DNA of 64,000 nucleotides from Candidatus Komeilibacteria bacterium. Its GTDB lineage: Bacteria > Patescibacteriota > Patescibacteriia > UBA1558 > UBA10009. The notes beneath the pieces were generated by a model that was not told the origin of the DNA, made no database searches, and saw only the letters and a program-made list of their open reading frames with translations. Numbering within the stretch: position 1 is the first letter of the stretch; every line of letters starts with the position of its first letter. Location of the stretch: positions 3,348 to 67,347 of the forward strand of contig JAUYIT010000037.1 of NCBI GenBank assembly GCA_030688315.1. The letters are read 5' to 3'. Below are positions 11,297-20,176 of this stretch, piece after piece. The translations under genes were made by a program, and so were the position numbers.

Positions 11297-12058
11297 TTAA
11301 GTGGAGCGTTTGAGGTAGGATTGCCAGGCGGCCTTCCGATATTTATGGGCCTCGGCTTGAGGATCGGACGACTGGTAAATGCCGCGGCCCACAATGATAA
11401 TATCGGAACCGCCGCTAATCACGTTTTCCGGCGTGGCATATTGTTGTTTTAAATTATCACCGCCCTCACTAAATTGTACGCCCGGCGTCATGGTAATAAA
11501 TTTTTCGTCTTCAACTAACTTTTTCATACCAATAAAGCCGATTACAAAATCATTGTATTGATTGGCCCAATCAAGGGCGGTTTGAGTATATTGGCCGGTC
11601 GCCAGATTGCCTTGTGAACTCATTTCGGCCAGCAACAGCAGGCCGCGGCCGAGCGGCTGGCCGATTTCGCGCAGACCCTCAATAATGCCCGGGCCGGGCA
11701 CTACATGGCAATTGGTAATATCGGCCCAGTCAGCGATTTTGTAGATGCCGTTGCCGTATTGCATTTTAACGGTGTTGCCGATATCGGCGAACTTGCGGTC
11801 TTCAAAAATCAAAAAGTTATAAAGTTTTTTGAGCTTGTTCAATTGTTCGGCAAAATCATCCGGCAGATTGGTGATAATATCAATGTGGGTTTTTAAGAGG
11901 CAGATTTCCGGCCCCACATTTTTGATCAATTTAAAAATTTCGTGCCAGTCCGTTAAATCGGCGGCCAAACACAGATTGGTCTTTTTACTGGCCATTAATT
12001 CAAAAAGAACCCTGGCTGAAAGGTTGGTTGTCAGCTTAGAGCGTTCAAGGTAATTCAT
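11297..12058 (-). CDS. pyrF: Orotidine-5'-phosphate decarboxylase, eukaryote-like (URA3-type)
   Basis: KTNLCLAADL...ICLLKTHIDI...FLIFEDRKFADIGNTVK...LLLLAEMSSQGNLATGQYT...DFVIGFI...SDIIIVGRGIY closely follows yeast URA3 (comparison from memory). Confidence 0.9.
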   Translation of the reverse strand: MNYLERSKLTTNLSARVLFELMASKKTNLCLAADLTDWHEIFKLIKNVGPEICLLKTHIDIITNLPDDFAEQLNKLKKLYNFLIFEDRKFADIGNTVKMQYGNGIYKIADWADITNCHVVPGPGIIEGLREIGQPLGRGLLLLAEMSSQGNLATGQYTQTALDWANQYNDFVIGFIGMKKLVEDEKFITMTPGVQFSEGGDNLKQQYATPENVISGGSDIIIVGRGIYQSSDPQAEAHKYRKAAWQSYLKRST

Positions 12059-12393
12059 TATATTTCTATTTTAGAAATTTGTTTTTTAAGTTCAGGCAAA
12101 TCCTCTTTGGCGGCATCCCAAAGAATGGCTTCATCAACTCCAAAATATTCATGAATGATTTTGTTTCTCATGCCGGTTATTTTACTCCACAAAATTTCTG
12201 GATGCGCGGATTTTAATTCCGCGGGAATATTTTTGATCGCCTCTCCTATGATAGAGTAGTTTCTTATTACTGCGTCTATTGTTTTAATGTCATCATAGAA
12301 TTGTAGCCTATCTAAACCTTTTAGGTAATTTTCTATCTTCTCGGCCGCTTCTATAATATCTGACAAATAAAGTTTGACTTCTCTTTTAGACAT
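12058..12393 (-). CDS. hepT: HepT-like toxin (DUF86 / nucleotidyltransferase substrate-binding family)
   Basis: R-x4-HxY motif (MRNKIIHEY). Overlaps the upstream mntA by 8 nt. Its stop overlaps the pyrF start (TAATG). Confidence 0.8.
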   Translation of the reverse strand: MSKREVKLYLSDIIEAAEKIENYLKGLDRLQFYDDIKTIDAVIRNYSIIGEAIKNIPAELKSAHPEILWSKITGMRNKIIHEYFGVDEAILWDAAKEDLPELKKQISKIEI

Positions 12394-12682
12394 AAATTAC
12401 ATCGTTAAGAATTCCTTGTTTAATTATGGGTTTTAAAGCGCGTTTAGTTACCAAATCCACTTTTTTATCCAATAGAGCGCTTAAATTTTCTTCGAGATCA
12501 ATAAATTTAAAAAATCCAACAGGCTTATTTTCATAAAATTCTACCAGAATATCCACATCGCTTTTGGGGGTATCGTCGCCGCGGGCGACCGAGCCAAAAA
12601 TACCCAGTGTTTTGATGGGATATTCCTTTTTCAAGGCCGGTAATTCTGCTTTAAGTTTTTTGATGATTTTATCTTTACTCAT
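12386..12682 (-). CDS. mntA: MntA-like antitoxin (minimal nucleotidyltransferase)
   Basis: [23 protein letters not shown] is the GS-x9-DxD nucleotidyltransferase motif. Start chosen at [10 protein letters not shown]. Confidence 0.8.
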   Translation of the reverse strand: MSKDKIIKKLKAELPALKKEYPIKTLGIFGSVARGDDTPKSDVDILVEFYENKPVGFFKFIDLEENLSALLDKKVDLVTKRALKPIIKQGILNDVIYV

Positions 12683-12756
12683 ATGGTTAATATAACAAAA
12701 ATTGGCCAGAAAATCAATTCTGACCAGCCAACAGTTCATATGATAACCAAATTAGA

Positions 12757-13428
12757 TTAAATGCCGAATTCTTTAAGGTATTGCTCCATTTCCTCTGCTT
12801 TTGAGGAAGTTAAATAAACCTGACCGTTAATTTCCTTGTCGGTCAGATAATCAATAATTTCCCGCACGCTTACAATGGCTTTAACGGGAAAATGAAGTTT
12901 ATCTTCAATATTTTTGAAAGCATCTAAACCGTCAGCGGTTTTTTCCATTCTGTTCACGGCTACAACCAAGCCAGTATATTCAATCTTGGCGATATTATTC
13001 AACATCTCTACGGTTTCAAATTTGGTGGCGCCATCGGTAATCACATCATCAATTAAAATAATTTTTTCACCATCTTTAAGTTGATGCCCCAGAATCATTT
13101 TTTTATCGCCGTGATCTTTAACTTCTTTGCGGTTGAAAGCATAGAATTTATCCAGTTTAAAATCATTGGCCAAAGCAATAGAGGTGGTCACGCATAAAGG
13201 AATGCCTTTGTAGGCCGGGCCAAAAATCAAGTCAAAATTGTCGCCAAATTCTTGTTTAATCAAAGCGGCGTAAAAGTAACCCAGCTGTTTGATTGATTCA
13301 CCGGATTCAAACACGCCGGTATTAATAAAGTAAGGGGATTTGCGCCCGCTCTTTAAAGTAAAATCGCCGAATTGCAGGGCTTGATTGGTGATTAAGAATT
13401 CAATAAATTCTTGTTGAAATTTTTCCAT
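12757..13428 (-). CDS. pyrE: Orotate phosphoribosyltransferase, eukaryote-like (URA5-type)
   Basis: ALQFGDFTLKSGRKSPYFIN...IFGPAYKGIPL...YAFNRKEVKDHG...ILIDDVITDGAT follows yeast URA5/URA10 (comparison from memory). Confidence 0.9.
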   Translation of the reverse strand: MEKFQQEFIEFLITNQALQFGDFTLKSGRKSPYFINTGVFESGESIKQLGYFYAALIKQEFGDNFDLIFGPAYKGIPLCVTTSIALANDFKLDKFYAFNRKEVKDHGDKKMILGHQLKDGEKIILIDDVITDGATKFETVEMLNNIAKIEYTGLVVAVNRMEKTADGLDAFKNIEDKLHFPVKAIVSVREIIDYLTDKEINGQVYLTSSKAEEMEQYLKEFGI

Positions 13429-13429
13429 G

Positions 13430-14722
13430 TTATTTTATTTGCTTATCAACTTTGTAACCCTTGAGGTTTAAGTTGCCCGGGCCGCCAAGGGAAATAACTT
13501 CCTTAATGGCTTTAACCGGATCGGGTACAGTCAGCTTATCCAGATTTTCCTTAACCCTTTGGTAGGCATCTCTAAACGGTACACCCTGCATGACCAACTT
13601 GTTGGCTTCATGGTTGGCAAACAATTCGGGAGTCAAAGATTTCATCAGAACTTCTTTATTAGGTGTAATGCCGCTCATTACCAAGGCGGCAATTTCCAAA
13701 CTTCTCCTGGTAATGCCCAGGCCCTTAATCAACGGCTCTTTAGTTAACTGAGTATCACGGTTGTAACCGGAAATCAGGTTTTTGGTAATATCCTTAACCT
13801 GGGTTTGCAGGGCCACAATCACGTTAACATTACTGCGGATAATTTCAAACACATCGGGGTTTCTTTTTTGCGGCATAATGGAAGAACCAGTTGTAAAGCT
13901 CCATGGCAAATTAAAATAGTTGAATTCCGGCGTGGTAAACCAGATCATTTCGTTAGCTAACCGCCCCAGCGTCATCATAATCTGGGTGCAGACGGCCAAA
14001 ATGTAGGATTCGGTTTTACCGCGGGAGTTAACGGCGTAAATGGAATTGATTTGGGTGCGTTTAAATTTTAATAATTTGGTGGTCAACCGCCTGTCCAAAT
14101 TAAGGTTAACGCCAAAGCCGGCGGCCGCGCCTAGTGGATTTTGATCGTTTAAAGTGTAAGCCGATTGCAAGAGTTGAAAATCGTTGGTTAGTTCTTCAAA
14201 ATATGAAGTAGCCCAGTGGCCGATGGAGGAAGGCATGGCGCGGCGAGTGTGGGTGTAGCCGGGCATGGGAATAAATTGGTATTTTTTGGCAAAGTTTAAA
14301 AAAACTTTTTCCAGCTTAATCATTTCTTCGGCCACCTGTTTGATTTTTTTGCGGGCATAGAGGCGGGTGGCAACCAAAACTTGATCATTGCGACTGCGGC
14401 CGGTATGGATTTTTTTGCCCATGGGCCCCAATTTAGCAATCAGATAATTTTCAATGGCCGTATGGCAATCTTCGTCTTCCAGTTTGATAATGAACTTACC
14501 AGCGGCGTGCAGTTTTAAAATTTCCTTGAGGCCGCCGCTTAATTTAGTCAGCTCGGTTTTGGTTAAAATTTTTAGTTTAAACAGGGCTTGGGCATGAGCC
14601 AAAGAGGCCTCCACATCATAGGGCAGTAAACGCATATCCAAAATATAGTCATTACCCACGGTGTAATGCTCCACCAGCGGATGCAATGAAGTATCGGATT
14701 TTGATTGCCAGATTTTTGACAT
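13430..14722 (-). CDS. argH: Argininosuccinate lyase-like, fumarase/aspartase-family lyase
   Basis: TGRSRNDQV and GSSIMPQKRNPD signatures. The Q in the second motif favours ArgH over PurB. Confidence 0.7.
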   Translation of the reverse strand: MSKIWQSKSDTSLHPLVEHYTVGNDYILDMRLLPYDVEASLAHAQALFKLKILTKTELTKLSGGLKEILKLHAAGKFIIKLEDEDCHTAIENYLIAKLGPMGKKIHTGRSRNDQVLVATRLYARKKIKQVAEEMIKLEKVFLNFAKKYQFIPMPGYTHTRRAMPSSIGHWATSYFEELTNDFQLLQSAYTLNDQNPLGAAAGFGVNLNLDRRLTTKLLKFKRTQINSIYAVNSRGKTESYILAVCTQIMMTLGRLANEMIWFTTPEFNYFNLPWSFTTGSSIMPQKRNPDVFEIIRSNVNVIVALQTQVKDITKNLISGYNRDTQLTKEPLIKGLGITRRSLEIAALVMSGITPNKEVLMKSLTPELFANHEANKLVMQGVPFRDAYQRVKENLDKLTVPDPVKAIKEVISLGGPGNLNLKGYKVDKQIK

Positions 14723-14732
14723 AAAATAGATA

Positions 14733-15704
14733 TTAATTTTCTAATATTTTCTTGCCATTGGTAGTGGCGATTTGAACCAATTCATCAAACTTGTAAAAGC
14801 GACAGGCCTCCATTAACATTCTTAATTCCGTGTACATATCCGCGTCCACAAAGGGTTGATAAAAATCATACACATTATCTACGCCCAAGCCCACGGTAAC
14901 GCCCGCTTCCAGCAGTTCCGGTACATTGGCAATGGAATTATGAACGGGGGAGTTAAATTGATCCAACTGTCTCATGCCCAACGCGGCTGATGGACAGACA
15001 ACAACTGACATTCCTATTTTAGCCATCTCTTTATAAACCTTTTGACGATATGATTTATCTTGGGCCGAAACCGAAATAGCGTGAATAGCAGTCACCTTGC
15101 CTTCATAGCCATGCTTTTTGGTAAACTCAATCAACATCTCAGTATCTTTTTCATTAGGATTGTTTTCCTGATCAATATGCACATGAAGTTTTTTGCCCAG
15201 ATTTTTAGCAATGGCGAATAAGTTATCCAAATTTTGTTTATCGTTCGGCCGGTCTTTGCTGGGCAAACCGCCCGCGATATCGGCCTTGGCCGTAATTTCT
15301 TCATATAACTTCCGCGCCTCAACATCAACCAATCCGCCTAAGGGCTGGGTAATAGTCAGTAAAGTAATCTTATTCTTATACTCCTCTTTGACCTTGTTAG
15401 CGGCATCAATGGCTTTGTGCCCCACCGCGGAATAAGCATCAATAAAACTGCAAGTGAGCTTGCAGTTTTGGGCAATTAATAAATCCAAAGCCGTCCGAAT
15501 CCTTTCTTCAATTTGTTGCTGGCTGGAATTTTTTTTGATCTCGTCCGACATCAACCACTTTTGTTCCATATCCACCATGCTTTTATCCAACCCTTCTTTG
15601 GTAATATAGAAGGCCTTGTCAAAGTGGGCATGACAGTTAACCCAGCCACCACTTGCCTGGATGGCTTCCAGCATTTGTTCTTTTAGATTCCAACTTTGAT
15701 TCAT
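14733..15704 (-). CDS. Metal-dependent amidohydrolase (cytosine deaminase-like superfamily)
   Basis: N-terminal NCHAHFD (HxH) and a later HVHID motif typical of the amidohydrolase fold. Confidence 0.6.
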   Translation of the reverse strand: MNQSWNLKEQMLEAIQASGGWVNCHAHFDKAFYITKEGLDKSMVDMEQKWLMSDEIKKNSSQQQIEERIRTALDLLIAQNCKLTCSFIDAYSAVGHKAIDAANKVKEEYKNKITLLTITQPLGGLVDVEARKLYEEITAKADIAGGLPSKDRPNDKQNLDNLFAIAKNLGKKLHVHIDQENNPNEKDTEMLIEFTKKHGYEGKVTAIHAISVSAQDKSYRQKVYKEMAKIGMSVVVCPSAALGMRQLDQFNSPVHNSIANVPELLEAGVTVGLGVDNVYDFYQPFVDADMYTELRMLMEACRFYKFDELVQIATTNGKKILEN

Positions 15705-15715
15705 ATGAAGATTAT

Positions 15716-16405
15716 TTACCAGCCCTTGGCTTCAATGGCGTTTTGCGCGGCTTTAACCTGCGCTTCCTGCTTGCTGGTGCCTTCGCCTTCAGCCACCATT
15801 TCATGGTTTAAGTAGACACCAACTTTAAAGAATTTATTATGATCGGGTCCGGATTCTTCCAGCACTTTGTAAACCGGCGTAACGTTAAAGATTTCCTGTG
15901 ATTTTTCCTGAAATTTGCTTTTGGGATCCAAATACAACTGGTTGGCCAAAATATTATCCAGCCGGCTTAGCATGTTTCTATTAATAAACTCCCGGGCCGC
16001 CTCCAAACCCTGATCCAGATAAATCGCGCCGATAATGGCTTCCACGGCATTGGCTAAAATATAATTACGGGCCTTAGGGTTGGCATCCTGGGTTTCGCCT
16101 TTGGACATGTACAAAAAGTCCTCAATGGCTAAAGCGTGGGCAATGGCGGCCAGCATTTTGGCGTTGACCAAGGAGGCGCGCCAGTTGGTCAGTTCGCCTT
16201 CGGGGTTGGGGAAATTTTTGTAAAGATAATCGGTGGTAACCAATTCCAGCACGGCGTCGCCCAAAAATTCCAAACGCTCGTTGTGGTCCAGTTCAAAATT
16301 TTTGTGCTCGTTTAAATAAGAGCGGTGGACCGTGGCCATTTTTAAGAGATCTTTGTTTTTAAAAACGACCTCTAGGGTTTTTTCCAGCTTTTTAAGATCT
16401 TTCAT
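15716..16405 (-). CDS. rnc: Ribonuclease III
   Basis: RNase III signature ERLEFLGDAVLE plus a C-terminal dsRBD. Confidence 0.92.
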   Translation of the reverse strand: MKDLKKLEKTLEVVFKNKDLLKMATVHRSYLNEHKNFELDHNERLEFLGDAVLELVTTDYLYKNFPNPEGELTNWRASLVNAKMLAAIAHALAIEDFLYMSKGETQDANPKARNYILANAVEAIIGAIYLDQGLEAAREFINRNMLSRLDNILANQLYLDPKSKFQEKSQEIFNVTPVYKVLEESGPDHNKFFKVGVYLNHEMVAEGEGTSKQEAQVKAAQNAIEAKGW

Positions 16406-16490
16406 GAAAGATTTTTGAGAATCGGAACGTTGGAATAGGGGAACATAATTATGCTCGCGTATTCCAATGCTCTAATCTTTTTATTAATTA

Positions 16491-17363
16491 TTAATTTTCC
16501 GTATTTAGGCCAAGTTTTTTTAAGGCCGCTTTAAAAATTTCCTTGGCGTTTTCGTAGCTAATGGCATTGAGCGCTTCGGCTAAATCATACCAGCGCGCTT
16601 CTTTAACTTCCGGTTCTTTGGTGACGGTAAATTCGCTATCGGGGGTTTCAATCAAGTAATAATGGACGGTTTTGGGCACGGGCCGTTTGTTGGGTTCATT
16701 GACTTTAATATCAATACTGCCTAAGTAGCCATGGCTGGTAGCGTTGCCCAAACCGGTTTCTTCCTGAATTTCGCGCATGGCCGCTTTTTCCTGATCTTCT
16801 TCGGTTTCAATATGGCCTTTGGGGAAAGTCCACTTGCCGTAAGCGTCCAGCACCAAAGCGAATTTGTAATTCTCGCCTTCTTTTCTAAACACCACGCCGC
16901 CGGCGGAAAATTCGCGGGGAGGTTCAGTTTCAAAGTCCTTTTTTTCGCCCTGTTCCTGCATATCTTTGAATACGCTGCCTAACACGCCGTTAACAAATTT
17001 ACCTGAAGATTCGCCGCCGTATTTTTTAGCCAGTTCTATGGCTTCGTTAATAGCCACCTTGGGCGGAATATCTTTGGCAAATTTAAGTTCAAAAATGCCG
17101 ATGCGCAACACGTTGCGGTCCACAATGGTGATTTGTTCCAACGGCCATTCGGGCGCGTACTTGCCTATCAGGCCATCAAGCTCTTTGGCTTTGGCTACAA
17201 TGCTGTCCAACAATTCAGCGGAAAAATTTTGGTCGTCAAAATCCGGAGCAAACTCTTGTTTGTTATGCTCCAGCAGAACTTTGATGTTTTCTTCCTGTCC
17301 GTTAAAGTCCCATTGAAACAGGGCTTGCAGGACCAAGGTTCTAGCCAGATGGCGGTTGGACAT
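16491..17363 (-). CDS. nusB: NusB-like N-terminal domain fused to a C-terminal NUDIX hydrolase
   Basis: The first ~145 aa (ARTLVLQALFQWDF...) are NusB-like. The C-terminal ~140 aa carry the Nudix box GHIETEEDQEKAAMREIQEETGL. Confidence 0.75.
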   Translation of the reverse strand: MSNRHLARTLVLQALFQWDFNGQEENIKVLLEHNKQEFAPDFDDQNFSAELLDSIVAKAKELDGLIGKYAPEWPLEQITIVDRNVLRIGIFELKFAKDIPPKVAINEAIELAKKYGGESSGKFVNGVLGSVFKDMQEQGEKKDFETEPPREFSAGGVVFRKEGENYKFALVLDAYGKWTFPKGHIETEEDQEKAAMREIQEETGLGNATSHGYLGSIDIKVNEPNKRPVPKTVHYYLIETPDSEFTVTKEPEVKEARWYDLAEALNAISYENAKEIFKAALKKLGLNTEN

Positions 17364-17382
17364 ATTTTAGTTTACAGGGTGC

Positions 17383-17580
17383 TTATTTCTTTTTGGCAAC
17401 TTTGATTTTTGGCTTAACAATTTCCCGGCCCTTGTAAAAGCCGCAATGCTTGCAGGCATGATGGGGCATAATGGGGTGCTGGCACTTGGCACACAGGTTA
17501 GCCTTACTGGTTTTTAAGGCGAAATGTGATGCTCGTCTTTTTTTGGACGACTTGGTTCGTTTTTGTGAGGGTAAACCCAT
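17383..17580 (-). CDS. rpmF: 50S ribosomal protein L32
   Basis: 65 aa with the CxxC...CxxC pattern (CAKCQHP...CKHCGFYKGRE) typical of L32. Confidence 0.88.
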   Translation of the reverse strand: MGLPSQKRTKSSKKRRASHFALKTSKANLCAKCQHPIMPHHACKHCGFYKGREIVKPKIKVAKKK

Positions 17581-17618
17581 AGTTTTATTGATTAAAGAAT
17601 TGTTGCTTAATTGGTGGT

Positions 17619-17647
17619 AGTATATTTAAATTTTGGGCTTTTGTCAA
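17619..17647 (-). promoter_or_regulatory. Consensus promoter TTGACA-N17-TATACT for rpmF (minus strand)
   Basis: RC reads caaTTGACAaaagcccaaaatttaaaTATACTacc, 40 nt upstream of the rpmF ATG. Confidence 0.65.
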
Positions 17648-17680
17648 TTGTTTGTCGCTATTAACTGTTTTAGCCAGATT

Positions 17681-17696
17681 TAGCTAACGTTAGCTA
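17681..17696. promoter_or_regulatory. Perfect 16-bp palindrome TAGCTAACGTTAGCTA between divergent promoters
   Basis: Self-complementary 8+8 bp, centred between the minus-strand rpmF promoter and a plus-strand consensus promoter. Operator-like. Confidence 0.45.
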
Positions 17697-17723
17697 AAAA
17701 ATTGATATTTTGAGATCAAACTC

Positions 17724-17751
17724 TTGACAAATTATTTATTCGTGCTATACT
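17724..17751 (+). promoter_or_regulatory. Consensus promoter TTGACA-N16-TATACT (plus strand) with no ORF downstream
   Basis: ctcTTGACAaattatttattcgtgcTATACTtgg. The downstream 350 nt hold no ORF of 60 aa or more. Confidence 0.55.
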
Positions 17752-17769
17752 TGGTTGTTACCTGACTGC

Positions 17770-18100
17770 TGTTTTAAATTCTGCGTCCACGACAAGCATG
17801 GGGATTATTGCCGGCTTTATCTCTGGCTTCGGGTTTACTCGTTGCTCGACGCGAGCTGACAATAGTTTTCTTGGGCGCAGTATTTAGAACAGCTTTTTGT
17901 TTTGTACTAAGTTCGCTCGGGCAAGTAAAAATTTAAGCTCGGTCGGTTAAGTAAATTTTTCTCGCCTACAGTAACTCGCGCCTCGCTGCCGTGCGGCTTC
18001 GCCGCCCGTAGCTCGGCTGCTCAAACAGATCTTCGGCTTCGAAAAATTTCTTAACCTCCCTCGCCTAAAAAATTCATTGCCCTCGTTCGCCTCTTTAAAA
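17770..18100 (+). ncRNA. Candidate non-coding transcript with degenerate ~20-25 nt tandem repeats; identity unknown
   Basis: ORF-free. Repeated cTCGcc...aaa(a)ttt units such as gttcgctcgggcaagtaaaaattta / agctcggtcggttaagtaaattttt. Lies downstream of a consensus promoter. Confidence 0.25.
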
Positions 18101-18101
18101 A

Positions 18102-19907
18102 CTATTGCATGATAACAGGAGTGGAAGTCGGAGTCGGTTCGGCAGTAGGTAGAACGCCTACCAAACACCTGGCCTGCCAGGGAATGTAGTGGCTGGTAAA
18201 TCTCTCTTCTTTAACGGTACCGTCAGGATAGGTAACTTTGTAATCAAAATAGGCATCGGCGCCCGCGTGGGCGGATTCGGTGCATTTTTTTTCGCCCGGT
18301 TTTAAGTCAGTGGTTTCCACAATAATGGTCGGTCCGGCCGGGCGGATGTTGTAAATTACGGAATCGGTTTGCTCGGCCACGCGGCCGTCAGCCGTGCCCC
18401 AAAAATCAAAATATATATCGTCGCCGGAAATACGGGCCTGGATTAAAATGTGCTTGCCGGTATCATTAAGAAATCTAAAATCGGGTTTAGGATCGTAAAT
18501 GGTGGCGTCTTTGCCGGCCGGCTCGTAATACATTACGCGGTAAGAATGGTTGCGCCGTTCCACAATGGGCAAACCGGAACCCAAAGCCGCTCTAAAAACC
18601 GTAGTGCCAATCTGGCACAGGCCGCCGCCATATTCCGGAATGGTGCGGTCGCCTTTAATTACCAGTTCCGGCAAGTAGCCGCTAGCGGCGTCAATATCTC
18701 CCAAAGCGGTAATTAAAGAAAAGGTTTCGCCGGGTTTAATGAGCAAGCCGTTTAAGGCCGCCGCGCCCGTGGCAATGTTATGGCGGCGGTTTTTGGGGCT
18801 GCCTTTAAAGTTGGAGTGTCCGGTACCGATAATTTGGGCAATGCCCAAATCGTTTTGGCTATTGGTGGAAATGGTGGATTTGGTTTCGTTAACGGTCAGT
18901 TCAATTTTAGCGGAGTTTTCCTGTAAAAAATCATGTTCAATTTTGGCCAAACTTTTAGCCAAGTCCAGTTCCTGTCCATCCTGACTGCCCTGGAATTCCG
19001 CCACCCGCCCGTTGGTAATGGCGAACTTAGCTTCGTGCACCGGCTGGTAAATTTGCGGCGCGATCTCGCGGTTTAAAAAGGCCAAGGTGCTGGAAGCGTC
19101 TAAAGCCAGCGTTAACTTGCGGTCAACTAATTTAAAGGTCAGCCAGTTTTTAAACTCTGTCCGCGGTACAATCCAAGTTTTATCATTATAGAATAATGCC
19201 AAAGAACTGCTGGCCAGCTTGTTTTTTAGTTCTGCTAGATTTGCCTGGGTAATGTCGCTTTGCTTAAGTTCCGGTTTTTCATCTTGTAAGGTTAATATTA
19301 TGGTTTCGCTCGTTAGCCGGCTGATGTTGTTAAGCGATTGGTTTAAAATATTTTGATAATCAAAATTGGCACCGCTGGTTTCAGCCACAATGGTAATATT
19401 CAGCTCGTCGTCAATCAGCGGACGGGCATCGTTTTTGGGCGAAGCAAAATCACCGAAATTATTTTTTAAAATTTGTAAAAAGTTTTCCTGATCCAGCTGA
19501 TAAACAATGGTCAGATTTTTGCCAAAGATCAGGGCGCGCAGTTGGCCGGCAAAGTTGGCCAAATAATTTGGACCGTGGCCAACGGCCATGGCTTCAGCCA
19601 CGGTTTTATCAGCATCAAAGTCAATTAACTGGTAAGCGGCATCCGGCCCAACTTCGGCCAGTGTGGGGTAAATGGTGATTTTTTGGCCTTGGAAATCGTA
19701 GTTTAAGCCCTGGCGGTTAAATTCATCAATTTTGGTTTGCCAATAAGTTACGGCCTGTTGGGCGGTAAGGTTTTTTAACGATTCGCCGTTAACGGTTACG
19801 CCGGGAAAAAATTTTTGCGAGTAGGCCTGGGCGTATAGCCAGCTGGCCAGCAGAGCCAAAGTCAGTAAAATCAAAAAAATGGTTACGGCCATGAGTAACC
19901 ATTTCAT
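18102..19907 (-). CDS. VanW-family protein with N-terminal transmembrane anchor
   Basis: C-terminal VanW-like region (PEYGGGLCQIGTTVFRAA...). N-terminal TM helix WLLMAVTIFLILLTLALLA. Start chosen at MKWLLM. Confidence 0.75.
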   Translation of the reverse strand: MKWLLMAVTIFLILLTLALLASWLYAQAYSQKFFPGVTVNGESLKNLTAQQAVTYWQTKIDEFNRQGLNYDFQGQKITIYPTLAEVGPDAAYQLIDFDADKTVAEAMAVGHGPNYLANFAGQLRALIFGKNLTIVYQLDQENFLQILKNNFGDFASPKNDARPLIDDELNITIVAETSGANFDYQNILNQSLNNISRLTSETIILTLQDEKPELKQSDITQANLAELKNKLASSSLALFYNDKTWIVPRTEFKNWLTFKLVDRKLTLALDASSTLAFLNREIAPQIYQPVHEAKFAITNGRVAEFQGSQDGQELDLAKSLAKIEHDFLQENSAKIELTVNETKSTISTNSQNDLGIAQIIGTGHSNFKGSPKNRRHNIATGAAALNGLLIKPGETFSLITALGDIDAASGYLPELVIKGDRTIPEYGGGLCQIGTTVFRAALGSGLPIVERRNHSYRVMYYEPAGKDATIYDPKPDFRFLNDTGKHILIQARISGDDIYFDFWGTADGRVAEQTDSVIYNIRPAGPTIIVETTDLKPGEKKCTESAHAGADAYFDYKVTYPDGTVKEERFTSHYIPWQARCLVGVLPTAEPTPTSTPVIMQ

Positions 19908-19932
19908 CGTTTTAGGCAAAGGAAACTTAAAG

Positions 19933-20172
19933 TTAGCGATCGTCTCTTGTGGGTTCAACATGTAAAATATCGTTTAACATTTTTTTGGCCAGAACTTCTT
20001 TTTCCGCCGCGCCGTTTTCTGCCGTTGATAAAGTTAGTTTAACGCGGGCGCCCACCGTTAGCTCGGCGGGCAGATTTTTAATTGGCCAGAATAATTCTTC
20101 GTTGTGTTCGGTTTTAATAACCACCATTCTTTCGGCAAAGCGATCAATCGTACCGTCAATTGTTTCCGACAT
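19933..20172 (-). CDS. Small hypothetical protein (possibly DUF3006-like)
   Basis: 79 aa, MSETIDGTIDRFAERMVVIKTE... No overlap with the VanW gene once its start is set to 19907. Confidence 0.45.
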   Translation of the reverse strand: MSETIDGTIDRFAERMVVIKTEHNEELFWPIKNLPAELTVGARVKLTLSTAENGAAEKEVLAKKMLNDILHVEPTRDDR

Positions 20173-20176
20173 ATTC

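Noticed and set aside
17900-18100. Possible CRISPR array among the tandem repeats
   Set aside because: The units are degenerate (no two identical), have variable 18-25 nt length and no regular spacers, and there are no cas genes nearby.
17770-18100. tmRNA or RNase P RNA in the ORF-free region
   Set aside because: The 5' segment GGGGAUUAUUGCCGG... loosely resembles a tmRNA start, but no tRNA-like T-arm/ACCA 3' end, no tag-peptide reading frame ending ALAA-stop and no P4 GGAAAGUCCGG motif are present.
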